From Eledone cirrhosa (taxonomy: Eukaryota), in the NCBI GenBank assembly GCA_964016885.1, contig OZ024754.1:27590001-27654000 (forward strand): a DNA stretch of 64,000 nt, in the 5' to 3' direction. The position numbers and the translations under genes are program-made. Each line of letters begins with the position of its first letter. Positions within the stretch are counted from its first letter, which is position 1. A model generated the notes under the pieces. That model worked only from the letters and a program-made list of their open reading frames with translations, was not told the origin of the DNA and ran no database searches. Shown piece after piece: positions 1 through 14,133 of the stretch.

Positions 1-640
1 CTGGCCCGTGTTAAGATTCGCACGTCAATACCAGAATGAAAGGCGTCCTTCCGACCTTTGTGTGGTGGTGGTAATGGAAATTATGTCTAGCTCTGATCTG
101 TTAAACTCTCGCCAGGACAGAATTATTAATTGCCAAAATAGGAATTTACGTACCTTCGCCAGGTACCACCCAGATTAGCATAATTCCTTTCTCCTATTTA
201 GATATCCTACTCCTATAATACATTTCCTTTATACCCCTTCAGCTGAATAAATTAAACTTTAATTTTTCCTCTGCATTAGATTCGATCCTATATTTCATTT
301 TCCACCTCACATTCACTCCTGCTCAATCTCCAATTGTTAGTCTCTTAAGTCGCCAATTTTGTTTACTAATTAGTTCCCCAATTTATCCTTTCATTTATGG
401 CAGTCTGTTAAAAAGTATTTATCACTGCCGCCAACCTTTTACAGTTCGACCAGGGAAATTCATTCCCCTTCGTATTTCTTTCACTGAAATATTACTTACT
501 TACTCGCTATTTAACTATATATATTTTAACTGTTAGCAAGGCTCCTTTATGGGTGTATATATCTGCATATGTATCTGTATATAAGTATGTGTATAGATGT
601 GTACATGTGTATGTATGTAAGTGTGTATATATAAGTGTGA

Positions 641-685
<45 letters not shown>

Positions 686-855
686 GATATGCGCATATGA
701 GCATATATATGAATTTGTATATGTGTGTGTTGTGTGTATGTGTATATATGTATGTATATGTGCGCAGGCGAGTATATGTTGTATGTGTGTTATATACGTA
801 TAAGCGTATTTGCGTGTGCACATCTGTGCGTACATATATGTGTATGCATGCATAC

Positions 856-957
<102 letters not shown>

Positions 958-1050
958 CTTTCGTGGGTTTACCTCTCCTCTGGGAAGTGACTGTTTCTGC
1001 ACATGCGTATGCGTACAGTTGTTTTTCTTTTTCCGTACAACCTCATTTAA

Positions 1051-1093
1051 ACCGAGCTGGTGATCCGAATAAGGTGAAACAATTGTTCTCGGT
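1051..1093 (+). ncRNA. Type I hammerhead ribozyme motif, family A (core mutated)
   Basis: ACCGAG-CTGGTGA-TCCgaataaGGT-GAAA-CAATTG-TT-CTCGGT: 6-bp stem I, palindromic stem III; core differs from CTGANGA at one base; intact relatives at 38536 and 49721. Confidence 0.75.
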
Positions 1094-1135
1094 AATGGTG
1101 AACTAACTGTTGTGGAACTACTATATATATTTGTG

Positions 1136-1213
<78 letters not shown>

Positions 1214-1214
1214 C

Positions 1215-1251
<37 letters not shown>

Positions 1252-1252
1252 C

Positions 1253-1341
<89 letters not shown>

Positions 1342-2454
1342 CGTGTGTGTATAAATTATTTGAGGTATTTTCATATTTCCTATGTAAATTTGTATTCAGT
1401 GCAGGGAATTATCATTTTTATTATTTTTGTCTAAATTATTTATTCTGCTATTATTGGCGCCAAATATATCTCCTTTGCTTTACTGAATATTCATTACATT
1501 AGAAGATACTATCAAATATAAAACACGTATGCTAATTACATTTACCTGCGCCCGCTTACTTCTTTCATACCATGGTCACGTGCCACACACCATTTTATCT
1601 TACTTAAATGTTTCTTTATAAACAGAAAACGTTGAAATTTTTCACGCGAATGTCAATCTTTGTTGTGATCAGTGTTTAAATGTTACCCAAGCCCCACAAC
1701 ATCTTGTCCTCATACCAATCTATCCAACATATTTCTGACCTTCAGATTGGTTATAGCACACACAGACTTTATCCTACTTTATTTGAATCTTAATTTTATT
1801 TTTCACTTCTCCATATTTATTTTCATTACCTTTTCACGAATTTTTCATTTATTTTTTATTCTCTATTTATTATTTATTTTCTGTTTTCTTCATTTATTGC
1901 CTTATATTTCTTCATATACATGGAAGAACCCCCCCCCCCCCCCACACCACCACTATGAGAGATGGTGGCAGGAGGGATGAAGAAAAAACACACACAGATA
2001 CTTCTAAATTGTCAGTAGCAGCAAGACATAAGCTGACCACAACACCAACAACACTACCGAAATGGTAGAGGTCAAATGTACTTAACAATAGCAAACACAA
2101 ACACTACAAGGAGCCTCACCCCAGAAAGAATTCTATAGACTTCTGACTGAGGAATGCTCTCAAAACTGACCAATGGGAAGTTTGACACTTTTTTTTGTTA
2201 TTTTGTTCCTTTACCACCTTGTTCCTTCTACCACTTTATCAATTTTTTAAGCTAACTCCAACAATAACAACACTTAGAATGAGGAATGTTCTAACAACTG
2301 ACCAATGAGAGGAGAAGAGGCCCTTTGACAATGAAATTCGTTTGTTTGAATTCATAAGATTCCAGTTCCTCAGTGAAATAACAACCCAACCAGGAACTGG
2401 GGATATCAGAGTATTGACAAGGTTATACACCTCAACAACATATGTACCTGTCTA

Positions 2455-2560
2455 TACCACACTAATTCGCACTGCCTGAGATGGCTGTCACTGAAATATA
2501 TATAGCAGTAATAAACGAAGCTAAATTTTAAACATTTGACTTTTTATTTAACTTTACTTT
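2455..2560 (+). mobile_element. HHR-bearing Penelope/retrozyme-type terminal repeat, family B (internal deletion)
   Basis: ACTGC-CTGA..-GAAA-TATATA-TA-GCAGT at 2471-2509; homologous to 39040-39160 (minus) but lacking ~16 nt of core/stem II; ends at a TA-rich tract. Confidence 0.7.
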
Positions 2561-2703
2561 ATATATATATATGTATATACAAATATATATATATATGTAT
2601 ATACAAATATATATATATATGTATATACAAATATATATATATGTATGTATATTTATATGTATATACAAATATATATATATATATGTATGTATATATAGAT
2701 ATG

Positions 2704-2742
<39 letters not shown>

Positions 2743-2889
2743 GTATATATATACATATTTTATATTATATAATATATTGTAATATATTCAACGAAATCTT
2801 TTAGCCTGTAACTCTATAAAATACTTCAGCAATGCTGGTATAGTCACAGCCTCCTTCTCTCTCACTCACCCCATCTCTCACAATTACAA

Positions 2890-3125
2890 GCAAGCAGGGA
2901 CACACACGCTGGCCACTCCACGGCCCCTGCGGACAGGATAGAGAAAGTGTTTCCCCGGAGGATGGTGAGGGAGATGCGTTGGAAGAGCCATTCCAGCTTT
3001 TGTGGTCACACCTGCGGGTAGCCAACTCAGTGTCGATGGAGGTGAGTAGGAAGGTGGTCCTTGGGCCAAGAAAGTCTCTACTGCTACGGGCTCGACCGCA
3101 AACCTGTCGGAAAGTGACCGATTTT
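2890..3125 (-). mobile_element. CRE-like non-LTR retrotransposon, C-terminal RLE fragment
   Basis: Minus-strand frames give LGPRTTFLLTSIDTELATRRCD and LEWLFQRISLTILRGNTFSILS, like the FQRLS..VQRGNA C-terminus of CRE-clade elements; relatives at 32530 and 61170. Confidence 0.65.
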
Positions 3126-4099
3126 TTCATAGATGTTACCGCCTTATCTAGAGACACCATATCGTTATATGACTGGAAATAATTTATTTTACGCTGGCTG
3201 TTACAGTTGCTATGAGTATGTACTCTATTCCCTAGGTAACATGTAACTGTTAACACAATTATACATATTCCCGCATCACGAAGATTGAATGGAAGAGCTG
3301 CATATGACCAATACAACAATAGAAGTAACAGGATATTGAAGATTATTAAGATCCTAATTATATTATAACATATTCACTTTGCCCATTGACTATATACTTT
3401 AATATTTTATGTAACAACAGTATCATAAGTGAATAAATCTATATCACCAGCAGCTCTTGTTTAAGATTCCATTTGCATTACTTAACTTTTTAGTCGGAAA
3501 GAATTTAGTAACAGCAAACGTCGAATTTCACTCAATGAACTTATTCTTGATACCAATAATTCTATCTATATATTTATGAAGTAAATCAGTTATATTTTTA
3601 TTCTGAAATCTTATATTGTTACGGTTATTATTACAATAGCTGCCAGATGTTTTTGATGCCTTGTTCTCTGACACTTTACATAAATATGTTTTTCAAATCT
3701 CGATACATGAATTGTATCTCACATTTCCTCCCTTTTCAAAGTTTTACATTATTTTTGCTTGCATGAGTCAAACTTCATTATATTTTGATTTGCGATATTG
3801 ATTCAGAAATATGTTCTAGTGTAACTTAAGTAAAGAAAGCAAATAGTTATACTATTGATCTCAGATAAAAGAAACAAAAGATTCAAACATAAACATTAAA
3901 GTATATATTTTCTCTGAAATACTTAAATTGTGCATATATTGCTCAATATCAAACATTCAAATGATATAATATGGTATGAACTGGAAAGTCTTGAGGGGCT
4001 CGTAGGGGCATCATCTTGACATACGGTGTTTCTTAGGGTGTATTTTTAATCTGGCGGATCCCATTCCTCCTGAGATACAGAGTGAGAGAATTATAGGAA

Positions 4100-4234
4100 A
4101 CATCGACCCCAGCACTAGACTGGTATATTTTTTATCGACCTAGAATGGCTGAAAAGCCAAGTTGACCTCGGAGATTTGAACTGAGAAAGCAGATAATACT
4201 GCAAAGCACTTTATCCGACATTCAATTCACCACC
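4100..4234 (-). mobile_element. Old, diverged tRNA-derived SINE copy
   Basis: Degenerate match to the central SINE domain (atcgacc..gaaaagccaagttgacctcgg..atttgaact). Confidence 0.65.
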
Positions 4235-5795
4235 TATAAAGGATATAGACAACGTAGAAACAGTTAAATGGAATCGCCAAACAGTTAACATTGAACGACA
4301 TATTGTAACTTACTGCTCTTTAGAAATCATACGATTCATATCTCAATTTCCATTACTTAATCTCATTTATCAGTTTGATATTAAACAGTGGGTTGTTTTT
4401 GAAGCATTGAGAATAAGTGAAAAAACATTTGCGTTTTGAAAGGCAACTACAGAGCTGATATGTTGAAAATAATAGCCAAATAAGTCAGGTAGGGTTTCTC
4501 TGGTGGAAGGTAAAAGTGGACATAAGTTTGTAAATAAATAATTCTATCCACTTTTTAACGTCTCCAGGGATATTTGAGAATCATATAGTTAAAATGTTAC
4601 GGGCAAACCAACCGTTGGGAGACCCAGGGGTAGACTCCAAGTAACATGGTTGGATAACATCCATTAGCTTGGCTGGTCTCGCTTGGGAATCCAATTGGAT
4701 CAACTGCAGACGGTTGCTTCTGACAGAACCTGATATCACACACATAGAATTATATATATATGTGTCTGTGTGTGCGTGTGTGATTACATATATATGGTTA
4801 CTTATATATATATATAAAACTATGACCATGACAAAGAATCTTTTTTTAATTAATTTCATACGTTTTTATACTTTTATAAAAACCAAGATTACTCATTCAG
4901 TAATCAACCAAACAACAATATAGTGGAGGAGATAGACTAAAAGGCGAACTAATGCTCTAATAGCGGATGTATACCAACGGAAGTTAAAAACAATGAAACA
5001 ATACAAGTTAATGAAGTATTAAGAAAGTGAATGAACGAAGAAAATATAATAGATGAGAGGAGAGAAAAAATAACGCTGACATAAAAAATATCTGTGTGAA
5101 ATGCGTGAAGTAGTTATTGTAATAGTGACAGACGCCATTTCCGTTTGGCTATAAGTTACGAAGTTTTTTTTTTTTAGCATCCGCCATTTTATATGTAGCC
5201 TGAATTACATTTGTTCTCGTGAGAAAAGTGTGTATAGCGCGTGGAGTGAGAGAGATAAATAGATATATAATAGTTAGCAAAAAGACAGTTCGTAGACAGT
5301 GTCATGAGAGTTAGAAAATAAAGACAAACAGAGCCTTTTCCTTCATTCAGCAGTCTATCAAACATTTCCATAGTCCGACACTGTCAAAAATTTAGAAAGG
5401 AGATATATGCCCGTATCAGAAATCAATATGATTGACAGACTAACATAGAATCAATAATATCTCCCGTATGAATTCACTGGATAATAATATCATTGACACC
5501 ATAAAGGACAAAAGCGAAAGTTATTATCGGATGTGCATCAACTTGGGAGGTAGACTTAATCTGTCACCAGGCTAAACACCACATAAGAAACAATAAGAAA
5601 ATCACTCAAAACAGCTTTTACCAAGCAATACTGATAACCAGTTGCTAGTCATCAGATTGATATTATTATCATATTATATACATACAAGGCAACAAATTCG
5701 GATGATGGTTAGAACATTGGAAAATAGCTGAAACCATTATAATAATATTTGATTATCAACCAAGTAGATGCCTCTTATTTCAACCTTCAGTTGCG

Positions 5796-5984
5796 ATAAT
5801 TGTTTCTACGTTAGGCACAAGGCCAGCAATTACCCAGTGCATTACTGGTACTTTATTTTATCGACCCCGTAAGGATGAAAGGCAAAGTTAACCTGGACGG
5901 GATTTGAACTCAGAATAGTAAGGGCCGTAACTCTATACGTCAAAGCATGGCGTCCGACCCACTACCGATACTGCCAATCCACTG
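5796..5984 (-). mobile_element. Full-length tRNA-headed SINE (~190 bp)
   Basis: Minus strand has A-box TGGCAGTATCGGTAG, B-box GAGTTCAAATCCC, central CCTTTCATCCTTACGGGGTCGATAAAAT domain (Nin-like, from memory) and ATT tail; TSD TGCGATAAT at 5792/5983. Confidence 0.9.
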
Positions 5985-6199
5985 CGATAATGACAGAAAG
6001 TAAGAGCACTCATAAACAGTTGACAATTGGTCCCGTAACTTTTGAAGAAGTCATAGGGGCACCGTATTAAAACACGGCGTTTCTAGGGTATTTTTAAAAC
6101 CTGGCAGAGCCCAATCCTCTCCAGGCCTCAACACAATCGATTTCTTCCAGAGAAGGGTAGAGAGAGTGACAGAATGGAGGCTAGAAAGAGATTTATAGA

Positions 6200-6360
6200 A
6201 AGAATCCACCCCAGTACTAGACTGATACTTTTTTATCGACATTGAATGGATGAAAGGCAAAGTTGACCTCGACGGGTTTTAAAATCAGTGAATAGAGACC
6301 CGTAACGAATACTATAAAGCTTTCTATCCGACATTCTAACGGATCTGCCAATTCGTCGCC
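6200..6360 (-). mobile_element. Old SINE copy
   Basis: ccccagtactagactg..ttatcgac..ggatgaaaggcaaagttgacctc, diverged from the young family. Confidence 0.7.
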
Positions 6361-7492
6361 TATGAAGACGACACAGTTACCCAGCAAAATACTGCTCGAC
6401 ATTTTGTCCAGTACTATATTAAAACTGCCTATTGACTGCTAATAGTCTGGATAGGAATACTGATTACTTGCATAATCACAAAGGTAGTGGTTAAGTCTAT
6501 TACATCGGCACCAGTGCTTGTCTGGATTTAATGTATCAATCCCGAAAAGAAGAGAGGTATAGTTGAATCGGATGGAATTTAAACTTGGAACATAAAGGGC
6601 AGCAAGTAAAATCAGGAATGCAATTTTTCGACGATCTAACAGGGGTTAATTTAATTCCTTGAAAAAAATAATGTCGTTTTATGGCGTTTAATGCACCTGT
6701 GTGTCATGTTATATGTATCTGCGTGTGTATATGCTTGTACGTGTGTTTGTGTGATTATTTCTGTGTTTATATGTATGCGTATACGTATATTTGCACGCTT
6801 GTTTGTGCGCGTGTCCCTATTCGCGAATGTGTCTCTGTGTCAGGCTCAATACGTGTGTGTGTATCATTGTGTGTTTCATTGTATCTATATCTATTTGTGT
6901 GTGTGTGCGACTGTATTTGTATGTATTTGTGTATGTATGTGTCTGTATGGAGCTTTTTATTTTTTTGTACATGTTCGTCAAATTCACTTCCAAACATTCC
7001 GTGCCTCAAAGGTAAAAAAACTACCGAATCTATCTCTCTAAACAAGCTATTCTACTGATGTTTAGAATCGAGAAAATTCAATTAACAATAATAAAAAAAT
7101 ATACTTAAATATGCCAAAAGGAAATTGAACCGCTGTTGTTTAGCGTAGTCTAAAGAACTTTGCCACTACCCAAAAGACCTCCCGTTAATTTAATTATACA
7201 AAAGGCAATAATCAAAACATCCAATTCATCTGTTAGCCATTTTTGTTGTTGTGTAAATTTCAATGTATATGAATAAATAAATTACGTCAATAATGGTATT
7301 TAGTTTGAAATAGAATGTACTCTAATTAAAAATTCAAACTACAACATGCATTCTAATTATCAAGCAGCACTGTCAATGATACTGTGTTTTGTATGTAAAA
7401 ATATTATTTTATCCTTTCAGTGATTTCAGTCATTATTCCGGTGCCAATGCTTTGAAGGGATACTCACATATATAAATACATATATATATTAT

Positions 7493-7635
<143 letters not shown>

Positions 7636-7900
7636 TGGAAGTCGGACCTTCGTAACGAAATGGAGATCCGTCTCTTCGTAGATAGAGTGGAGTCTATGCT
7701 GCTGTATGGGTCTGACACTTGGACACTGACCAGGAGACACACTCAGATGGTGGATGGGAGCTACACGAGGATGCTGAGAATGGCTCGGAACATTACTCAG
7801 TATGCAGGGAAGATGAAAACCTCAGACATGTAAGGGAGCCTCCGAAAAGTCAGCTCGAAAGTGACGAAGAGGAGACTAAGATTGGCTGGACATCCTCACT
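7636..7900 (+). mobile_element. RTE-clade LINE fragment
   Basis: Reads IRLFVDRVESMLLYGSDTWTLT..DGSYTRMLRMA, the RTE RT C-terminal region; frameshifted. Confidence 0.75.
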
Positions 7901-8014
7901 GACATTCACAGTTTCCACTACACTCACTGCTCCCGTGGGAGCAAGAATGACGAAGTCATTCAACTGACATAGCTTAAAGAGGCTGTTTGTATAATTGCAA
8001 GAGAATTGACTATT

Positions 8015-8163
8015 TTTGCAGCATAGAGTTAGGGCCCTTTATGGTCTGCGTTCAAATCCCGCCGAGGTTAACTGCCTTTCATCCTTACGGGGTCGATAAA
8101 ATAAAGTACCAGTAATACACTGGGATAATTGCTGGCCTTGTGCCAAACGTAGACACAATTATT
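8015..8163 (+). mobile_element. 5'-truncated SINE
   Basis: B-box GTTCAAATCCC, central domain and ACAATTATT tail. Confidence 0.85.
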
Positions 8164-8224
8164 AATATTCGAAAAACTCAGATTGCATTTAAATTTATAA
8201 TGTGTATATATTTATAAATTTATA

Positions 8225-8267
<43 letters not shown>

Positions 8268-8284
8268 GTATAATACAATATAAT

Positions 8285-8354
8285 TACCTCATTACCAGAG
8301 GTTTCCCGAATAAGACGAATACGAAAAACGTCCTCATTCGTTCGTCGGACAAGG
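8285..8354 (-). ncRNA. Degenerate hammerhead motif, family C
   Basis: Minus: CCGACGA-ACGAATGAGGACG..CGTCTTATTCGG-GAAA-CCTC..GAGG-TA; long stem II, 4-bp stem III; 3' strand of stem I absent. Confidence 0.6.
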
Positions 8355-8990
8355 CAATTTAAAACATAGTGAAATATTTGAAAAGTCTCCTCAAGAAATG
8401 TAAGAGTATAACGGGCAAAAAATATATAAATAAAAGTAATGCAAGAGATATATATAAAAATAAGGAAATATAGTTAGGGTATGTGTATATGTATGTATAT
8501 ACACTCACAAATGTACATATGTGTGTATGTACAAATGCATATGTATGGTGAAAATGTGTGCGTAAGTACATATATGAGGGCAAGTATATTTGTGTATATA
8601 TGACCACAAATACGTATATAATATGAGTTGAAAAAGAAATTGTATGATAATATAATTAACACGCATCCAGATACAGGTATTAAATACACATACGAGTATG
8701 AAAGCACGCGTATAAACACACACACACGCGCGGTCACTTATATGCGGAAGATAAAGAGGGAAGGGAGTGTAATAGTAAAAAGAAGTGTCATTCTCGATAT
8801 ATGTATAAAAATGAAACAATATATGAGAATGAAAACATTTTTTAAATCAAAGAGAAAGTAATCAATTAACACTAGAGAAAAGAAAACAAACATAGGTACG
8901 CACGTACACACACACATATATATAAAAAAATATTTATACACACGTACAGACAAAAACGCATGCATGCGTACATACATACACACGAGGCAC

Positions 8991-9024
<34 letters not shown>

Positions 9025-9054
9025 CCACATGTATATCTAATCACACGTACGTAC

Positions 9055-9096
<42 letters not shown>

Positions 9097-9101
<5 letters not shown>

Positions 9102-9948
9102 TTATTTTATCATGGGTTAAGGCTCTATTGATTTTTCCCTGGATTTCACTAAATTCTGTTGGATAAATCTATATCCTGATTCTTTTTGAATTGAGTTTGA
9201 ATTATTTTTCCCACATCTTACGTTAACTATTTTCCCATTTTGACGCTATAGTCACTTATATATTATGGAATACTCTTGGCTTCTTGCTACAATACTTTCT
9301 ATACCTTTCATTTATATATTTATACTCGGATTTCTTTCCTAGAGTGCTTAAATTATTTGTGACTAATCCCGGTATTTTTTAAATAAAAAAAAACCCGTGT
9401 AATATTGCTTTTTGTTGAACTCCTTATTGTAGAGTTTTTTCGGAATGCTTTTTACTGTTGTTTCATGTAAACAAACATTCGTCTCATTCTGACGTCACCA
9501 GTCCTGTTTTTCCACATGTGCGTTTTATTTTCATAATCACGCATGATGGTAAAGTAGCCTGCTTTTAAATTCCCTTTTTGGCATATTAATAAGTGAGAAT
9601 CTGGCTATCGTGTGTAACTCTGCTGAGGATCGTATTCCAACCGTGACCATCTCCACTGAAAGTTTACGTGAAATAGTCTTTTTCAAGACAATACAGAGCA
9701 TTTGTAGTTGTCCCAAATTGAAGGATGAGTATTTTAAACTTTATTTTATCATGAGTTAAGGCTCGATTGATTTTTCCCTGGATTTCACTAAATTCTGTTG
9801 GATAAATCTATATCCTGATTCTTTTTGAATTGAGTTTGAATTATTTTTCCATCATCTTACGTTAACTATTTTCCCATCTTGACGCTATAGTCACTTATAT
9901 ATTATGGAATACTGTTGGCTTCTTGCTACAATACTTTCTATACCTTTC

Positions 9949-9950
<2 letters not shown>
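9097..9950 (+). mobile_element. Retrozyme-like element, family D: ~215-bp direct repeats with 640-bp period
   Basis: 9097-9311 is repeated at 9737-9950; bounded by (TA)n on both sides; HHR at 9618; truncated relative at 48670-49015. Confidence 0.8.
9618..9698 (+). ncRNA. Type I hammerhead ribozyme, family D
   Basis: CTCTG-CTGAGGA-TCGTA..TACGT-GAAA-TAGTCTTtttcAAGACAA-TA-CAGAG. Confidence 0.85.
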
Positions 9951-10026
<76 letters not shown>

Positions 10027-10042
10027 CATATACATATATATA

Positions 10043-10198
<156 letters not shown>

Positions 10199-10227
10199 TA
10201 TATACATATATATACATATATATATAC

Positions 10228-10258
<31 letters not shown>

Positions 10259-10271
10259 GTATATATATATG

Positions 10272-10302
<31 letters not shown>

Positions 10303-10459
10303 GTATATATATATGTATATATATATATGTATATATATATACATACATATATATATACATATGGTTTTCGCTTCTGCATTTTTTACATCTTTCATATCTC
10401 CATGTAAAAGATGCAGAAGCGAAAACCAGCCAAACAGTGAGTGTGTTCTGTTGTGTGTT

Positions 10460-10639
10460 CAGTATCGGTAGAGGGTCGTACGCCATGCTTTGACGCATAG
10501 AGTTACGGCCCTTGCCTTTCTGAGTTCAAATCCCGCCGAGGTTAACTTTGCCTTTCATCCTTAGGGGGTCGATAAAATAAAGTACCAGTAATGCACTGAT
10601 TTAATTCCTGGCCTTGTGCCTAAAGTAGAAACAATTATT
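10460..10639 (+). mobile_element. Near full-length SINE
   Basis: CAGTATCGGTAGA..GAGTTCAAATCCCGCCGAGG..GAAACAATTATT. Confidence 0.9.
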
Positions 10640-10680
10640 TCTGGCAATATTATTACAACAATATGACCCTCCTCAAGTAT

Positions 10681-10734
<54 letters not shown>

Positions 10735-11031
10735 TGAAACAAAATGAAAACGAAATTTCATTTCTCACTCTTAGTATGGCACTTACTTAAATGTAAGTAT
10801 GCATGTATACGTACATACATATATGTATACAGACGTACAGTAGCATGCACATATATATATATATATACACATATATATACATATGCATACAGGTACACAT
10901 ACATATATGCACGTATCAGTTTAGCGGCGCTAACGTCGCTTTGTTCGTTTGTAAACAAACTGAACAGCCTGAATTTATGCCATACGGTGTTAAGGCAACC
11001 ACGTCACCTTTTTGTTCAACACTGACACAGG

Positions 11032-11076
11032 AACGATGTACTAGTTTCAAGCTTGTTAGCTATCATCAGCACCGTT
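11032..11076 (-). ncRNA. Type I hammerhead ribozyme, family E unit 1
   Basis: Minus: AACGGTG-CTGATGA-TAGCTaacaAGCTT-GAAA-CTAG-TA-CATCGTT; GUA triplet, palindromic stem III. Confidence 0.9.
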
Positions 11077-11497
11077 TACCCATCTGCCAGATAGTTGAAC
11101 GTTCGAAAGTATATACTTTCCTTATGAAAATTAACGGCTGAGCAGCCTAATTTGCATATTGAGTGAGTTAAATCGGTCAGGCATACCGAAAACGATAAAT
11201 TGAAACAAAATGAAAACGAAATTTCATTTCTCACTCTTAGTATGGCACTTACTTAAATGTAAGTATGCATGTATACGTACATACATATATGTATACAGAC
11301 GTACAGTAGCATGCACATATATATATATATATACACATATATATACATATGCATACAGGTACACATACATATATTCACGTATCAGTTTAGCGGCGCTAAC
11401 GTCGCTTTGTTCGTTTGTAAACAAACTGAACAGCCTGAATTTATGCCATACGGTGTTAAGGCAACCACGTCACCTTTTTGTTCAACACTGACACAGG

Positions 11498-11542
11498 AAC
11501 GATGTACTAGTTTCAAGCTTGTTAGCTATCATCAGCACCGTT
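11498..11542 (-). ncRNA. Type I hammerhead ribozyme, family E unit 2
   Basis: Identical to 11032-11076, offset 466 bp. Confidence 0.9.
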
Positions 11543-11963
11543 TACCCATCTGCCAGATAGTTGAACGTTCGAAAGTATATACTTTCCTTATGAAAATTAA
11601 CGGCTGAGCAGCCTAATTTGCATATTGAGTGAGTTAAATCGGTCAGGCATACCGAAAACGATAAATTGAAACAAAATGAAAACGAAATTTCATTTCTCAC
11701 TCTTAGTATGGCACTTACTTAAATGTAAGTATGCATGTATACGTACATACATATATGTATACAGACGTACAGTAGCATGCACATATATATATATATATAC
11801 ACATATATATACATATGCATACAGGTACACATACATATATGCACGTATCAGTTTAGCGGCGCTAACGTCGCTTTGTTCGTTTGTAAACAAACTGAACAGC
11901 CTGAATTTATGCCATACGGTGTTAAGGCAACCACGTCACCTTTTTGTTCAACACTGACACAGG

Positions 11964-12008
11964 AACGATGTACTAGTTTCAAGCTTGTTAGCTATCATCA
12001 GCACCGTT
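11964..12008 (-). ncRNA. Type I hammerhead ribozyme, family E unit 3
   Basis: Identical to 11032-11076, offset 932 bp. Confidence 0.9.
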
Positions 12009-12439
12009 TACCCATCTGCCAGATAGTTGAACGTTCGAAAGTATATACTTTCCTTATGAAAATTAACGGCTGAGCAGCCTAATTTGCATATTGAGTGAGT
12101 TAAATCGGTCAGGCATACCGAAAACGATAAATTGAAACAAAATGAAAACGAAATTTCATGATAGCTAACAAGCTAACAAGCTTGAAACTAGTACATCGTT
12201 CCTGTGTCAGTGTTGAACAAAAAGGTGACGTGGTTGCCTTAACACCGTATGGCATAAATTCAGGCTGTTCAGTTTGTTTACAAACGAACAAAGCGACGTT
12301 AGCGCCGCTAAACTGATACGTGCATATATGTATGTGTACCTGTATGCATATGTATATATATGTGTATATATATATATATATGTGCATGCTACTGTACGCC
12401 TGTATACATATATGTATGTACGTATACATGCATACTTAC

Positions 12440-12571
<132 letters not shown>

Positions 12572-12572
12572 G

Positions 12573-12646
<74 letters not shown>

Positions 12647-12979
12647 GGTGTGTGTGCTTGTGTGTGTGTGTGTGTGTGTATCCATTTAAATATGTATCCA
12701 TTCATTTTTACACACACATATATGTATATATATATATATAACCAATTGATATAACACTAGTAGTCTCTGTATATAGTACGCCTGACTACTGACAACTGAC
12801 TACTAACACCTGTCTGTGAATGTTTATTGATAATTTCATTAATATCGAACTCTTGAAATGTAATGTAAATTTAAACATTGTTTTTATATATTGATATGTA
12901 AACATGCAAATTCATGTAAATATATACAGTCCACAGTACATCTATTCCGTATATATATATATATATATACATACATATA

Positions 12980-13582
12980 TGGTGGCTGCCAACTCGTTTT
13001 TGAGTACGGCCACTACTTTATATCCATGTAGGTGAACCCTTACCGATGCATTGAACGAGTGTGACTTTTTAGTCCAGCCAGCGACTTGAAAAGTCTGGTA
13101 CAAACACTACACTTGTGACAATTATTGACACATAGTGCTGGGCCCATGGTACCATGTGACGACAAGTGCAGAGAGATCTCCAGATATAAAGCAATGCCTG
13201 TGCCGTGAAGCTTTTATAGTGAGCAAAGGCACTGCACAAAGTCTGTCCCACTCTCTTAACCAAGATGATATTTACCAAAAAGAACAAGTCAACATCATTG
13301 GATACCATCAGAGTTGCAGGTGTTATATCAGAGTTTTCCTTCTCCTAGAATTCTGCCTTGACAAAGGCTAAGGGGTCATCTCTCCCGGTGATTTTGGATG
13401 GCCATTGACTCTTAAGAGCTCCTTTGCCCTTTGACAGGTTTTGTTTTTAGTCCTGCAGGATTTCCAAAGTCACCCTCCTCACCAAGAAACCTTGGTGGGG
13501 TTGCCAGTTTAGTCGCCAACGACCTGACCATGAGACAGGTTGTACTGGGATACATGTTACCAGTAGCACCAACTGGTGACCA
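12980..13582 (-). mobile_element. Non-autonomous retroelement with RTE-like 5' UTR motif, in (CATA)n
   Basis: Minus strand contains CTAGGAGAAGGAAAACTCTG (RTE 5'UTR-like, from memory); 3' ~320 bp repeated at 14134-14453; flanked by (CATA)n-rich sequence. Confidence 0.6.
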
Positions 13583-13740
13583 CATACATATATACATACA
13601 TACATATACACATATATACATGTATGCATATGTAGATATACTCATATATACATTCATACATATATGAATATATGCATATATACATACACACATACATTCA
13701 TGCATACAAACATACAAACATACATACATATATACATACA

Positions 13741-14070
13741 TGATGATCGCTGCCCCCTCGTTATCGAGTATGGCCATTGCACGATATACCATTATTAATA
13801 ATTATGAATTAATTCTATCGTGCAATGCCTGTGCGTGAAGATATTTTTTAAAGTGAGGAAATACTGTGCACTTAGCCAATCCCACTCTCTGAGCCACAGT
13901 AGCTATAACCCGAAAAGAAGAAAAGATCAACATCATCGGGAACTACTGAGCCGCATATTTTATATCGGAGTTATCCCAGTTTCCTGAGTTTCCTGAGTTG
14001 CCTTCTCCTAGAAGACTGCCCTGACAAAGGCTAGGGGTCCTTCACTCCCAATGGTTTAACCGCGCGGTGC
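13741..14070 (-). mobile_element. Related non-autonomous element (diverged subfamily)
   Basis: Shares gcaatgcctgtg, tcccactctct, caacatcat and ccttctcctagaa..gacaaaggcta blocks with 12980-13582. Confidence 0.55.
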
Positions 14071-14133
14071 ATGTATATATACATATTTTCACACTTTTGG
14101 ATGGCCCTTGATTCTTATACATACATACATACA

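Noticed and set aside
5930-5984. SINE heads as tRNA genes
   Set aside because: A and B boxes present but no cloverleaf, and always fused to SINE body and tail.
10744-12073. Triplicated 93-aa and 112-aa ORFs in the 466-bp array
   Set aside because: Low-complexity, no domain motifs; the informative signal is the opposite-strand ribozyme.
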